Assembly (NCBI GenBank): GCA_010015805.1
Contig: ML978136.1
Span: forward strand, 620,001 to 684,000
Direction: 5' to 3'
DNA: 64,000 bases
Source: Rhizodiscina lignyota
Lineage: Eukaryota
Shown here: positions 39,208 to 51,854 of the stretch, piece after piece
Layout of the letters: every line of letters starts with the position of its first letter
Numbering within the stretch: the stretch's first letter is position 1
Notes under the pieces: generated by a model
The model's input: the letters and a program-made list of their open reading frames with translations, nothing else
What the model was told of the DNA's origin: nothing
Database searches by the model: none
Program-made: the position numbers and the translations under genes

Positions 39208-39453
39208 AACCTACTCTGGAGGCCGAATATCGAAAAATGCGTCCAACGTCATTACTCGCGCTCCAGGCTGTTCTTATTTAGCCGGTAGATATCCATAGCT
39301 TCCCTCGTAAGAGCTGCGGAATCGTAGAAGTTCTGCGCAACTATTATGGTTATCCAGAGCTATAAAAAGGCGAGAGTAAGTAGAAATTTTGATTTCTGAG
39401 CGCAGCTACCCCCGTCCCAGGTGTCAATCTCTCATTGTCAAGCTTCCGACACG

Positions 39454-40950
39454 ATGCTTCTTTCCCTTCTCTATGCGGCGCCCGTGGCGGCTGCCATTGC
39501 TAATCAGATCACGGTCGATGTCCGTCAAAAGTTCCAGAAGATGGATGGCTTTGGCGCGTCTGAAGCTTTCCAACGAGCGAACCAGATCAAAGGAACATTT
39601 GGACCTGGCCCGTATATCTCACCAGACAATAGAACGAAGGTCCTTGATTGGCTGTTTGACCCTCATAAGGGCGCCGGTCTCACGATCCTGCGCAATGGCA
39701 TTGGCTCATCGCCAAACAACACAGCAGATCACATGGTGTCCATTGAACCTGTGTCGCCGGGCTCGCCTCACACAAAGCCACATTACGTCTGGACTGGCGA
39801 CGACAACGGGCAGGTCTGGCTATCGAAGGAAGCGTACAAGCGGGGCGTGAGGACATTCTACGCAGATGCATGGTCTGCTCCGGGCTACATGAAGACTAAT
39901 AATACTGATGACTGGGGTGGACGTTTGTGCGGGGTTACAAACGGACACTGTGAGACTGGAGACTGGCGCCAGGCGTTTGCCAATTACCTTGTTCAGTACC
40001 TCAAATTCTACAAGGAGGAAGGTATTACTGTAACCCATATCGGCCATCTGAATGAGCCGGACATCAGGTATGAATGCCGTTTCCGTATGGAATGCGAGAA
40101 CTGACATGGACTAGTGTCTCATACGCCTCTATGCTCGCGGACGGTATACAGACCAAGGATTTCCTCGAAGTTCTTTATCCCACACTACACCGTGAAGGCT
40201 TCGGCAATGTCAAGGTCGCCGCAGGCGAAGCAACGGGATGGCGCCAATCCGGAGACATTCTTAGTGATCTTGTTAGCACCGGTGGGGAGCAATTTTACGA
40301 CTTCTTTACCTCCCACGGATACCAGTACGTATAGTACACACAGTGAACAATGAACCGAAAGTCTGACGTATAACAGGGACGAGCCACGCCTTCCTTTCGA
40401 CACACCAAAGCCCGTTTGGCAGACCGAATGGGCGGATCTGAGCGGCGGCTGGACAACCGATTGGGACACCTTCGGCCAGGATGGTGAGGGTATCCAGTGG
40501 GCGAACAAGATTCAAGAGGCCATCGTTATCAGCAACTGCTCTGCTTTCTTGTACTGGATCGGCGCTGAGAACAGCGGTTCGAATTCTCCGCTCATCAAGA
40601 TCAACGGCACCGACATTGAGGTCAGCAAACGGCTTTGGGGCTTTGCGCACTTCGGCCGCTATGTGCGACCTGGCGCATACAGAGTGTCCGCGGAGAGCAC
40701 GAACGGCGTGCTCCATACCAGCGCATATGCGAATGCAGACGGAAGCTTGACGGTCTTGGTAATCAATAATGGGCATTATGATGCGGTGACCAACTTTGCG
40801 GTGAATGGCTACAAGAGCTTCAAGAAGGTGACTACGTGGCTGACGAATAACGACCATGATATCACTCCAGGCAGTGCGAGAGTTGGAGGAAGAGGCTCAT
40901 TCGAGGCCAGGATCCCCCAGAGGTCGATGATGAGCTTTGTGATATCATGA
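39454..40950 (+). CDS. Secreted glycoside hydrolase family 30 (probably subfamily 7 xylanase-type), 3 exons
   Basis: Signal peptide, QKMDGFGASEAF, GAGLTILRNGIGSS, YADAWSAPGYMK, acid/base LNEPD, nucleophile WQTEW, and HFGRYVRPGAYRV. Confidence 0.92.
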
Positions 40951-41421
40951 AGAAGCGGTCGAGCTTGAATTAAGTGAATCAACGGAAAGGTTTTCTTCCA
41001 AATTGTCTAACGTGAGAGAGTATACTTGGAACGTGACTTACTACTGCTTGTACAGGCTTATTGCGCAGGGCTACCTGGCTGGGTCACGTCCATCCTGGGA
41101 GCCCAGTATCTTGAGGCTGATACCCTATTGTTTTTCACGGTAGGATTTGCACGCAATGGGAATATCGCAGATTTCATGATGTGAACTTTTTTGTATTGAT
41201 CGTAACTCTGATATTGATCCTTTGAGAAATTGCCCAAGCTAAGCTAGTTTCGGCCATGATGGCTGAAACATCAAGCCAGCGAGAGGATCCCTGATTTCCG
41301 TTGATCTCCAACGACACCGTACCCCGATTTTAGAAAGCAGACTCAATGTCAACCGTGGTATTCAACTTTCAGACGCCATACAACACCATGATGGGAAGGA
41401 TTGCACTCGGTCATGTTCAGC

Positions 41422-42004
41422 TCAAATACTGTCGTCGGCGGGGGTCACCTCCTTCGACTCCTCCTTGACGTCCTCCTCGACCTCTTCCTTCTTGAGCTTG
41501 GAGACCTTGCGCTTCTTGGATGGGGTCTCCTGTTCCACTTCACCATTCTCGGGGCTCTCGTCGTCATCGATATCCTCGGCCTTGACCTTCTTGGCCCTGC
41601 CGCGCTTGGGTGTGGTCTTGCCGCCCGGAGAGCTGGTGACAGAACCAGCTGCAGCCTTGTTGGTCATAGAGGCGGGGTCGATGCCATGAGCCTTAAGCAG
41701 ACGAGAATAGCGCTTGTTCCTGTGCCACGGTCGTGTTAGCCTTTTGATGTTTCAAGCGAATGAAATGAAATGAGTAGACACTTACGCAGCTCCCTTGGAT
41801 GGCGAGCCATCGTTGCCGTTGATGGCGCACTCCTCAGCGACTGCGAGCCAATCGATCTGTTTCTGGGGTTAATAGATCGAGAAGAGCATGGGATGAGTTT
41901 GGCTGTTGACTGACGTTGCCGTTGTTGGCGTGCTTCATGCAAGCGATCAAGAGCTTCACATTCTCAGTCGCCTTGTCAGGGACAGCAGCCTTGGTGTCAG
42001 CCAT
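41422..42004 (-). CDS. Cluster gene A: Myb/SANT-like domain protein, 152 aa (exons 42004-41915, 41856-41786, 41719-41422)
   Basis: Spliced: MADTKAAVPDKATENVKLLIACMKHANNGN|IDWLAVAEECAINGNDGSPSKGAA|NKRYSRLLKAHGI..TTPKRGRAKKVKAE..acidic tail. Introns are canonical GT-AG and the exon lengths 90+71+298 keep frame. Confidence 0.88.
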
Positions 42005-42635
42005 CTTGAATGGCGTTTAGTATGAGTCGTAGAAGTTGTGATGTTTGATGTGAGGTGTCGGAGCGAAGTGGTGTCCGAGCAAAAGTTGGGAGTCCGGAGA
42101 TGTTGAAGGAAAGGAGTTGGAAGGAGAAGAGAGACAATTTATATTCCAAGACCGCAGCGCTTGTCGCAAGACAAGAAAGTTTATTTCACGGGAAAGCTTA
42201 TTCTGGTAAGTGGACACGGTTGTTGAGGTAGCAACTGTGTTAGTCTACTTTGTCATACGCAAGTGGCTGAGTTAACACGATTAGAGGAGACACATGTACA
42301 GTCACTGCAAGCTCACGAGGACACATACGGGCACATGGCAACGCAGTAAAGCATTGAATTCATCACTTGCTGAATTTTGAGGACGAAATCGGTTCAATCT
42401 GTAGTTGACTGGAGAATGGACATCTCAGTTGATTCCAGTCAATTCCTCCCGCTTCGCCATTTCGCTCGCCCGCAACCCGTCAATTCATTTGAGAAGAGAG
42501 AAATCAAAAACCAGAGGAATCAGAGCACTTGAAACTCCTTTTGCTCCGTCCGCCATACCCTCTGGTCTCCAAATCCCAAAGACCATTCAAGTTGCCATTG
42601 CTGCCAGAATCAGTGCTTCATTTTCCATCATGAGA

Positions 42636-43068
42636 TCAGAAGTCGAAGTCATCGTCCGTGTCAATGTTCTCTATCATTTCAACCTTCACCTTGTCCTCCT
42701 TCTCAGTCTCTGACGTAGTTGGCGTGACTGGCGCAGCTCGTTTCGGGGCCTTGGCCTTGCGCGGAGTTGCCTTTTTCACCTTTGACGGGCTCTTCTTGTC
42801 GATGCCTCCAGATGGCGCCTTCGTGTTGCTGCTTGAGGAATCAGAAGAGAGATCGATGGTCTTCTTCTTTGCGCAACGGAGACGCTCCTTGACTGACTGG
42901 ACAGACTTGGACTTCACGTGCTTGGCAACGGCTTCGAAGTCCACCTAGGCTATTCAGCAAGATGTAAAGGAAAGCGTGAATGAGACTCACATCTGCAGTC
43001 TTTGCATGATAGTATGCTGCGGCCAAGATGATCGTTTCGGCTGCGGAAAAGCCTGGCAGTGTGCTCAT
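42636..43068 (-). CDS. Cluster gene B: Myb/SANT-like domain protein, 128 aa (exons 43068-42991, 42944-42636)
   Basis: MSTLPGFSAAETIILAAAYYHAKTAD|VDFEAVAKHVKSKSVQSVKERLRCAKKK..SPSKVKKATPRKAK..VKVE..DDDFDF. 46-nt GTGAGT..TAG intron. Confidence 0.82.
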
Positions 43069-43562
43069 GTTGAGTTGATTGAGAGTGGGCTTTCAATTGA
43101 GCGGACTGTCAGCTATTGCATTTGTAGAGTATGAGATGAAAGAATTTACCCTTTGAATCGAATTGAAATCGAGTATGCAATTGGAGTTTTGTGGAATGAG
43201 TTGGTTGTGATTTTGTCGAGAGGTGAAGCTACGTGAGACTTAAGAACGGCTGGGAACAGGCTTGGAGTAACCAGATATTTCTCAGGCCTGAAAAGAGGCC
43301 CGTGCGCTAGGCAGACATAGTAACTCTCTTAAAGTAGCGGTCAGTCTCGCTTAGTGATGCTCGTTGTTGTGCTTTTACAGAGCGCAGTAAATGAATCGTG
43401 AGGTGATGTATCATTTTCAGGGAAGTATCTACACATCACATCTTGAGCCCTCTGCACGGCACCCCGCAGGATCAATAAAAAGGCAAAATGTCTCCGAACG
43501 CCATGTCTGCTCTAAATGCTCCAATATGCGCCAGCCATCTTTCCGTCTGTCTCAAACGGAGG

Positions 43563-44214
43563 TCACAATGTTGTCAGTGGCTCATCTTCTTGAGTCAGGT
43601 CCACGATCTTCTCCCGCCTCCACCCCTGAAGTTGATAGGGCAACGCTTCTTCTTGATCCTGCAGCTTCACTTTCACATCCGCTATCACCTTCGCCTTCAT
43701 TCCTAGTGGCTCGACCTTGATAGTGTCGAACAGCTCTCGCTCCTGTTTCAGATCGACTGTCTTCTCCTCAAACTTGATCCCCGCATTTGCTGCCTGGTCC
43801 AGGATATTCTCCTCAAGCCTCTCACGCTTCAGCGGCGATTCGTTCATGAACTCCTCATCGTCATCATCGATGCATTTCTTTTGCTGCGATAGCTTGAAGG
43901 CAGCCGCCTTCGTCACCATTCCTTTCATCCCTTCTCCCTTCTTCCCCTCCTTCCCCAGTGGCGTCTTCTCCCCATTCTTCCGCTTGCGCTTCTTCACGTC
44001 ACCTGGCTCTCTTCCAGCCTTGAATCGGTGCCATCTCATGCGCGCCGCATGAGCGTTGCTGATCCCATGCTCGCTCGCAATGCGCTCCCAGTTGACCTAG
44101 CTCTCGTCAGTCCTTGCTCGTGGAAAGGGGGCACTCCTGAAACATTACATTTCTAACTTCAAGTTGCGTGAGGATAGAGTAAAGGAAATCGCACATCTCC
44201 TTGTCGGAGATCAT
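43563..44214 (-). CDS. Cluster gene C: Myb/SANT-like domain protein, 199 aa (exons 44214-44149, 44096-43563)
   Basis: MISDKEMCDFLYSILTQLEVRN|VNWERIASEHGISNAHAARMRWHRFKAGRE..KKRKRK... 52-nt intron with a CTGAC branch site. Confidence 0.87.
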
Positions 44215-44931
44215 GGCTGTGACTGTGGTACTGATGTGGAACTGCGTCTGGTGCGGAAGACATAGATGGTTGGGAAACGCAATACATGGATTATATGACT
44301 GAGCAATAGCTGATACAAACGACGAGACAACTGCTGTAATTATTTGAGGCCATCGCAAATAATTGTTCGTAAAGTAATCAGCCGCAGAAACTGAAAGAGT
44401 GAACGCGAAAGGCAAATGTGTGGTGATTTGCGCTGGCTTTGCCCGCACGGGCAGCAGCAGCAGCAGGGCGTTCAGAACACCGATCGTCCAAACCGCCGTA
44501 AGGCTCCGTAAGGGCTTGTACACGCACATCCGGCGATAACAGCGTTTATCCAAGAGATGGCGGGATTTCTACCAATGCCATCGTAGCACAAAAAAAAGAG
44601 GTGGCTGGGAACAGTCAATCGAGCAAGGGTAGCCTGCATTAGCCCCACGCAGTATGGTCGTGATCCTCAGTGTCTTGTGCTTGGCTCCGTGGAGGCGAGT
44701 TAACACCTCACATTTCTCAGAAAAGCCACGGGGAGCAAGGTAGGAAGTAACTACAGTATATTTAAGCGAGTACTTTTCTCTTCCCCACTTCTCCAAACCT
44801 CTTCTTGAAACTTTGCTCGAGTACTTCAACTCCCTCACTTCGACCTCTCCACAATCACTCAAGCATCTACCCGCATCACTTGACGCACACCTTGTTCAAC
44901 TGATTAACACTCGAGCACCAACGTAGCAATC

Positions 44932-45444
44932 ATGCCGAAGGGTCAGCCTGTTTCCGGCAAGACCAATGCCTGGAACGATACCACGGAGAAGCGCCTGCTT
45001 CTCCTCATGATCGCAGGCACCTCTCACGCCAGCAAAAACTGGGACGAGGTTGCAGCTCAGATGGGCCCGAGCTACTCTGTCAGCGCCTGCAGGTAAGTTT
45101 CGTATCACTCCAATTTCGCGGAAGAAGGCTCACGGCGGCACAGACAGAAGTTCGCGAAACTCAAAGCCGCCATTGAGAAGGAGACTGGCGAGACTATCAG
45201 CAGTGGCAGCCCCAACAAGCGTGCAGCGCCTGCAGTGAAGACGCCGAATGGTACTCCGAAGAAGCGCGGCCGCAAGAGGAAGGAGTCTTCTGATGAAGAC
45301 GATTCCGAGGACGAGATCGAGCCTGAGACGCCACCCAAGAAGATGAAGAAGGAGGGCAGTGCCGCAAACAGAATCATCAAGGAAGAAGACGAAGAGGTGC
45401 AGGACCTCGACGACGAAGAGTACGATAATCTCCTCGACTTGTAG
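44932..45444 (+). CDS. Cluster gene D: Myb/SANT-like domain protein with AT-hook-like tail, 153 aa (exons 44932-45092, 45144-45444)
   Basis: MPKGQPVSGKTNAWNDTTEKRLLLLMIAGTSHASKNWDEVAAQMGPSYSVSACR|QKFAKLKAAIEK..TPKKRGRKRKESSDEDD... Intron GTAAGT..GCTCAC..CAG. Exon 1 is absent from the ORF track. Confidence 0.88.
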
Positions 45445-46292
45445 CAACGTTGCTGACCAGTTACAGGTTCTACACTCTTCCTTAAGCGAGTGATTGTGAG
45501 TGGCCGCGAGAAAGCCTTTCTCCTGGCCTTGATTGTGATTGCGCATGGCGAGGCAATCGTTGGCGTTCCTGGACAGTCCAAAATGGCATGATGGAGATTT
45601 CGGTTCTCTTCCAATTGGTTTCTGACGTTGCTGGGACGGGAGTTTCGATGGTAGAGCGGTCCGCTGCATCCATGCCACAATTCCACACTGCAACGTGATT
45701 TTGTACAGTAGCTTACGATCGGTTACAAAAATGAGGCGACGACATCAGAGAAAAATGAGAGCACTTCCAGAAATCTGTGAATGGCCGGATGGCGTTGGAT
45801 TTGTACGGTGGTGCGTGGGGCCATCCCTAGTTTCAGTTCCTGCAGGTGGGACAGGCCTCCCGCACGCCCCGTGCACCCTTGCCAGCCCCCGCGCAGCCAA
45901 TCAGCGCGGCTCTCGTAAAGTGCTTGCATACACCGCGACTCTGGACGTGAACTCGATCAACGCCCTGTCATGGCAATCCGCCCAATCACGTCAGACGCGG
46001 TAGCAGAAGCTGGACTGAGATGGGGATTGCCCAGCCTACCGTCGTGAACAGTAATGGAGTGTTGCGTAAGTGACTCACTGTCGGCCATGCACATATCTCC
46101 GTAGTGAGGCCATAGAATTATGTGAACCAGGGTCGTTGAATGCCTGATAAGTACGTCTTTGTTGCGTACCTGTCTGCCTAGCACTCACTCCATCTTCTTT
46201 CCCAGCCTCCCCATTTTTCCAACCAGTCATAAAATCTTACTGGCCAGCAACTTTGTCCGGTCTTCAAGCTTTCCACAAAAACTCCAGACAAT

Positions 46293-46926
46293 ATGACTAT
46301 CGATTGGAAAACTGCAGAGGCGCTTGAACGATTCTTGGTGAGCTGGTGGATGATCGGTCCCAAAGTTCGTTGCTGTCCCATGTGCTACACCCAGAGCACT
46401 TGACAAGATGCTGACATTAATGCAGCCGGACCTGAAAAAGCTGGCGGAAGCTTATGGGAACGGCGCAACCTATCATACCATGGAAGGTTTTAGTCGCAAA
46501 ATCAAGGCCAAAGTTGAGGCGCGCAAGAGAGAGATTGAGGAAGCACAATCCAGTGGCGGTCAGGCCAGCCCCGCTCCAGTTAAGAGGGCCAGGAAGAGCA
46601 AGACGACAGACGGTAAGTTCGAATGACCCGCCTCTTATGCAAGAAAGGTTGAGATGTCCGCAGGTGTCGTGTCTGGTCGTGTGGAGAAGACCAGTCCCAG
46701 CAAACGATCGCTTCAGCGGAGCGCGACTTTCGTCAAGACGGAATCGAGCCAGGCTTCAACCAATGGCGCCCTCCAGACACCTGCGCTGACTCCAGGGAGC
46801 ACATCCGATGCTCTCGACATATCTTTTACGGATGATATGACCATGAGCTTCGAATTTGATGGCCATAATATGGCGAATCTGCTTGACGTCGGCCATGCCA
46901 ACAGCTTCCATACAGAGAGCTTTTAA
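46293..46926 (+). CDS. Cluster gene E: Myb/SANT-like domain protein, about 173 aa (exons 46293-46364, 46426-46612, 46664-46926)
   Basis: MTIDWKTAEALERFLVSWWMIGPK|PDLKKLAEAYGNGATYHTMEGFSRKIKAKVE..PVKRARKSKTTD|GVVSGRVEKTSPSKR... An alternative in-frame donor GTGAGC at 46338 is possible. Confidence 0.82.
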
Positions 46927-49253
46927 GGGCCGAAAAGTTTAGAGATCTGGTAAAGAGTCGATTTAATTCTTCTATGAGACGGTTAATATACACTCCAGCC
47001 TCTGAAGAGTGTATAAACATTTGATGAATGGGGATTGGCCGCGATGACAAACATCGCGGCTGTGTCTAGATGGCGTGCCCTCTACAAGCAGAGGCATCAG
47101 ACGACGGGACGATTTCGGTGTCTGGCGGCGTGTCGGCAATCAAGGAGGACTTTTGATGAGTGTATTCTGGGGTCCATAGCGTCAATGAACAAATGGTACT
47201 CTCTTTTCTTCTTTGTAATGATCTGACGGCGCCATGACACTTCCGGGTCGGCGTGGATCAGGGGTTTCAACGAGCTATCTCGCCCATCTCGTCGATTTCT
47301 GGCTTCCATGGGAGCCATCAAGATGGAAACGCCAGCAAAATGTTGAATTGATAGGAATCGTGTTTGTTGCGTGTTGCTCAAGGTATGACGAATAAATCTT
47401 TGAAATGTTTGCCTTAGGTGTCGACGGACTAGCAGTTTTGCCGAGTGCTCGAGGCGGCGGTCGCTCCTGACTCAAAGTGCGCAAATGCCAGGCGCCACTG
47501 GCGCTTGGCGTACCGAGCCTACTTTAACGACATGCCGGTCCTTCGACCTTCAATAACATCAGAAGTAATCGAAAATCATTCAGTATCATAACAAGACCCC
47601 CAGTTCATTGTATACAGTGCTCACAATGTCTCTTCAGTGTCCTATGTCGTAATACGTCTTGTTTCTTGTGCCCAGGTGCGGTCTACGTAAAACACCTCAG
47701 TGACCGCACACGCGCCAGCATAAACAATTGAAAATCTTCAATATAATCAGAAGATCATCAATTCGATGTGCAAGGTGCTTACAATACCTCTTCAGTGTAT
47801 TCTTCTCGTAATACAAATAGCGTTCGCGTTGTCATTCACGTCTGCTTGAACCTATTGATCAAAACTATTGAAAATCAATATCACCCAGAGTTTCTCTATT
47901 TTATGAATAAGAAGCATGCTTACCACATCTCTTTAGTATTTATTCTGTGTCGACATGTGTCGTCTTCGCGCCACGTAGCCAACGTAAGCCTATTGATGAC
48001 CCATGCGTGAGAGTCTCCTGGTCCACCTGTTTCCATTCCGGGTACAGAAGGTACCCGTGTCGGGCTGCATGGTGCCAGTGAAAAGCCACACGCCTTCAAC
48101 GAAGGTAGTGATTTGGGAAATAATGTCCAAGTCCAAACGTCCTAGACAAGGCAAGTAGCTGGCTTTTCATTAGCAAGCATATAACCCGACGCGGGCACCC
48201 TCTGTATTATGGTCGGCGCCTGTCTATACTAGAACTGCCTCTCTGTATCTGCCACAGGCTTCCGTAAACAGAGGATCACCTCTCTGCTCTCAGTGTGCGT
48301 GCTATGGAACAGATTCATGCGGTGCTGTAATCACTGTTTCCTGGATCTTGACTTTCTATTTCCCTAAAATTATCTGGGGACATGTTTCTCCCTAGAGAGA
48401 TGGATAGATGTGTACTACTTACGGGCTCTCTAGCTTCAATCAGCGGCTGTACTTGCCTTCACAACCACCCAATCACCCATTCACCCATTCAGTCGTGTCG
48501 ATCTCTTCACCAACGGTACCACTAGCCAACGCATCGAGAGTTGAAGCGTGACCTGGGTGCTAAAGACCTAACTCCCTCAATAAACCCCTGCAACCTCGAT
48601 GGTCGTCAATTCATCCAACAAGGGCCCTTCAATCTTAATTGCGGTGGCTGGTTGCCCGGGTTGCAGCGCACAACGCCAAGCCTAGTCGTTTCAAATAGGT
48701 CCCTCCGGATCTCTCCTCTCTTCCCTCCTACACTCTTGTCACCTCTTCTGCAATCTGCGCACAACAGCCAATTCACCGCGCCGGTTGCAATCACTTGCGT
48801 CGTCCTCTACAATCAATCTTCCGATCGATTGACTCTAGCCCCTGGGCTTCACAGTCGCGCACCGTGCTCGCACTGTGCAAGATCAGACCACTTCCGAGAA
48901 CGGCTGAACACTCGTACCTGCCAAGCTTTCAGATCAACCAGATTGCCTTTGCAAGGCACCACATCTGGCGGCGTTTGGCAGTAGCGAGCGAGTGACCAAG
49001 TTGGTGACAGAAACTGAAGTTCGTTGTTGCCTGGTAAGCCTTTTAACATTCATTTCATTCCTAGTGATGAACACCTCATTCAGTCAACTTCCAATCTCGA
49101 GACTTTATTCATCTCTTGGCCTTTTCTATCTGGCTCCTACTGCCGTCAATGGAATCGGATCTTACTGTGATCTAGAAACTCCCAGCTGTTTACGTTACTT
49201 CCAATACCTATCATTCGACATCTACCAAAATAAAATCTCAAGATCTCGACACA

Positions 49254-50839
49254 ATGACCGGGCCCAAAATGAAGTGGACAGCGGATGCCGATCGCCTGGT
49301 AAGTGCAACACCACCTCTCATTGTTTCACAAACATGGCTGACTTTCATCCAGTTGCTCATCAGCATGATCGGTGCTCTCAATATTCCCGTTACTGAAAAT
49401 GCGCAAAAGATTGCCAACTTTTATCGTATGTAATCACATCATAGAAGAACATGTACAGCAGCTCACAATACACAGCGCCGAACGATAATGGCGAGAAGCC
49501 CACTGCTAAGGCAATCACTGAGCGAGTTTACCGCATCAAGAAGCAGTTTCAGAAGCATGGCACCGCAGAACCCCGTCGTGGCGCTAGAGCAAACAATACT
49601 TACGTCAGAGTCGCTAGTTCCACTGCCACTACTCCGCGCAGGGCGCGTGCTCCCCGCCAGCCCAAGACCCCGAAGACGCCTCCGTCCAGCAGCAAGAAGC
49701 GCAAGGCAGCGGCTGCAGACTCCGATGATGACGACGAGTATGCTCCCAACGCCAAGTCCAAGGGCAAGGGATCCAATCTCTCCAAGGAAGCGGCTGCTCT
49801 TATGAAGGACAACCCTGCGTTCGCATTCTCTGGCCGTGCTTCGACTCCAAGTAAGAAGAGGGCCAAGAAGGAGGTTGACTATGCTGAGGACATGAGGAAG
49901 GAGAATGAGGACGAGTCCGAGAACTTGTCATCTGATGAGGAGCAGATCCAGGTGGACGAAGGTGTCTATGAGGACGATTTTGGTGAGGTGATGGAAACAA
50001 ATACCGTCCAGCCTATCGCCTTTACTCAGGCTTCCGGCACCAACAAGAACAATCACGGAATGCATCCTCCAATGATCAACACCCAATTGGCGAACAGCAG
50101 CTTCGGTGCTAACTTCGCTGGATCTCACCCTGCCGCCAGCTTCCCGGTGAACCAGAATGGCTTCACGACTCCTGTTTCCATGCCTTCCTCTATGGGCGCT
50201 CACGACAACTACTATGGCATGCCGCACACGCCGTACATGGGCCATGGCAGCAGCTTCCAGTACAATCCAACCAGCTACAGTATGCCCACTACTCCTGCCC
50301 ACGGCAACATGAACATGTCTTCCTTCATGACTGACAACAGCGGCGATGGCGACTTCTCGCGTGGCAACTTCGATGGCCACAACAGTACCACAGCGAGTCC
50401 TACAGACTATTCCAATGCTCTCTACGGCTCTCCTGACGATGTCTTCGGCCCTGCTCTCACTCGTCCACGCTTCGGTACTAACTTCAGCATGGGCGGTACT
50501 CCTTATGACAGCATCTTGAAGACTCCACCTAAGCCGAGTACTGTGCGCAGTAACACTCTCTACCAGGGTGACAGCTATCCCATGACGCCGCACGCCAGTC
50601 CCTACACGACCTCGTTCGGCACTCAAGGCTCTCAGGAGACTCTCATGTCGTCCCTCAGCCCTGAAGACGACTTCAACATGACTTTCTCCACCGACGAGAT
50701 GGATCTCAAGCGTACTTTCCCCACCAACCAGATGGATGTGCAGTACAACGATTCCCGTGGCCGTCTTGAGTCGCCCTCTCCTGGCAAGGATATCTTGAAT
50801 GAGTTCTTGCAAGACCGCAACCATGGTGCCATGCACTAA
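49254..50839 (+). CDS. Cluster gene F: Myb/SANT-like domain protein with long S/T/P/N/M-rich C-terminal region, 493 aa (exons 49254-49298, 49353-49425, 49476-50839)
   Basis: MTGPKMKWTADADRL|LLISMIGALNIPVTENAQKIANFYP|PNDNGEKPTAKAITERVYRIKKQF..TPRRAR..SKKRK, then an acidic block and a low-complexity tail. Exon lengths 45+73+1364 keep frame. Confidence 0.88.
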
Positions 50840-50840
50840 G

Positions 50841-50987
50841 CAACTACTCAACTAGCGGATACTCGGCTAGCAATTCTACTGGCATACTCTCACCGGCATA
50901 TTCTCACTGGCAACTACTCAACTGGCAACCACTCATCTTACAACCACCCAACTGGCAGCCACTCAACTGGCGACCATTCAACTGGCA
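50841..50987 (+). repeat. Degenerate minisatellite, about 10 copies of a 13-15 bp unit (consensus CAACCACTCAACTGG)
   Basis: Units include caactactcaactag, caactactcaactgg, caaccacccaactgg, cagccactcaactgg and cgaccattcaactgg. It starts immediately after the gene F stop codon. Confidence 0.8.
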
Positions 50988-51854
50988 CACTCGAGCTTCT
51001 TCAACAATGCTCACTTTCACGAAAGATTCCGTGGACTGCCCACAGAAACTTACACTCCAGCGATGCGACATCCCCGCCTTTCTTCTTTCAAATCATACGA
51101 CGACCACGGGCACCTTCTTGTGCAACTATACGTGGGCTCGACTGTCCTGACAAGGCCGTTACAGCGCTTTCTTCAGGCGTCGATTGCTCTGTCCATAATC
51201 ACTCGCTCCACTGACATATTAGGGCGTCCGTGATTTGGTCCTCTTCTGGTCAAACCGCGCTCTGTCCCTGATGGCGTATAAAGGGCTTGGGACACCGACA
51301 CTCATTCACGGCTTTCCATTTCTTCTTTTCGTTTCCTATTTTCCGGGCGGCTGTCTCAAAACTCTTCTGTTCTCCGAATGGCGGACTGCGACGAAGATCA
51401 TTCTGGGCGGCTGTCTCATCACGGTCTGGGTTCTCATGGACATGCTCTGGCGATGTTGCCAAGTATTCAACCCCTCTCGGGCTGGGCGTTTCGAGGCGGA
51501 CTTTCAAAACTTTCGGGGCTTGGAAGGATTGTCAAGGGCGGTCTTCTCAGATGGGTACGGAAAAGGCATATCGGGAGCGGTAAAAGGTTTTCATAAAAAG
51601 GTTTCGTAACGGGAAAAAGCGAGGCGTTTCAATGGCATGTGGGATGTACAATAGGACCATTGAATCAACAAAAATCCTCCACCAAATATCTTCGAATGGA
51701 CTTCGTGCGTGAACGTGAGACATGATGATTGTTCTATTGCGCTTGAGTTTACATGTAGGCTGCAACACCAGCGCTTCCCAGACATAAGCGCCATGCCCAT
51801 CAGGATATCTTCCAAGAACCAAACGCCTCCAATGCAAGTATGATGACTGTCCTA

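Noticed and set aside
49928..50851. 307-aa antisense ORF opposite cluster gene F
   Set aside because: Explained by the strong C-ending codon bias of the sense gene; no protein-family features.
50841..50987. Repeat array considered as CRISPR-like or telomeric
   Set aside because: Eukaryotic context, no unique spacers, and the unit is not TTAGGG-like; it is a simple degenerate minisatellite.
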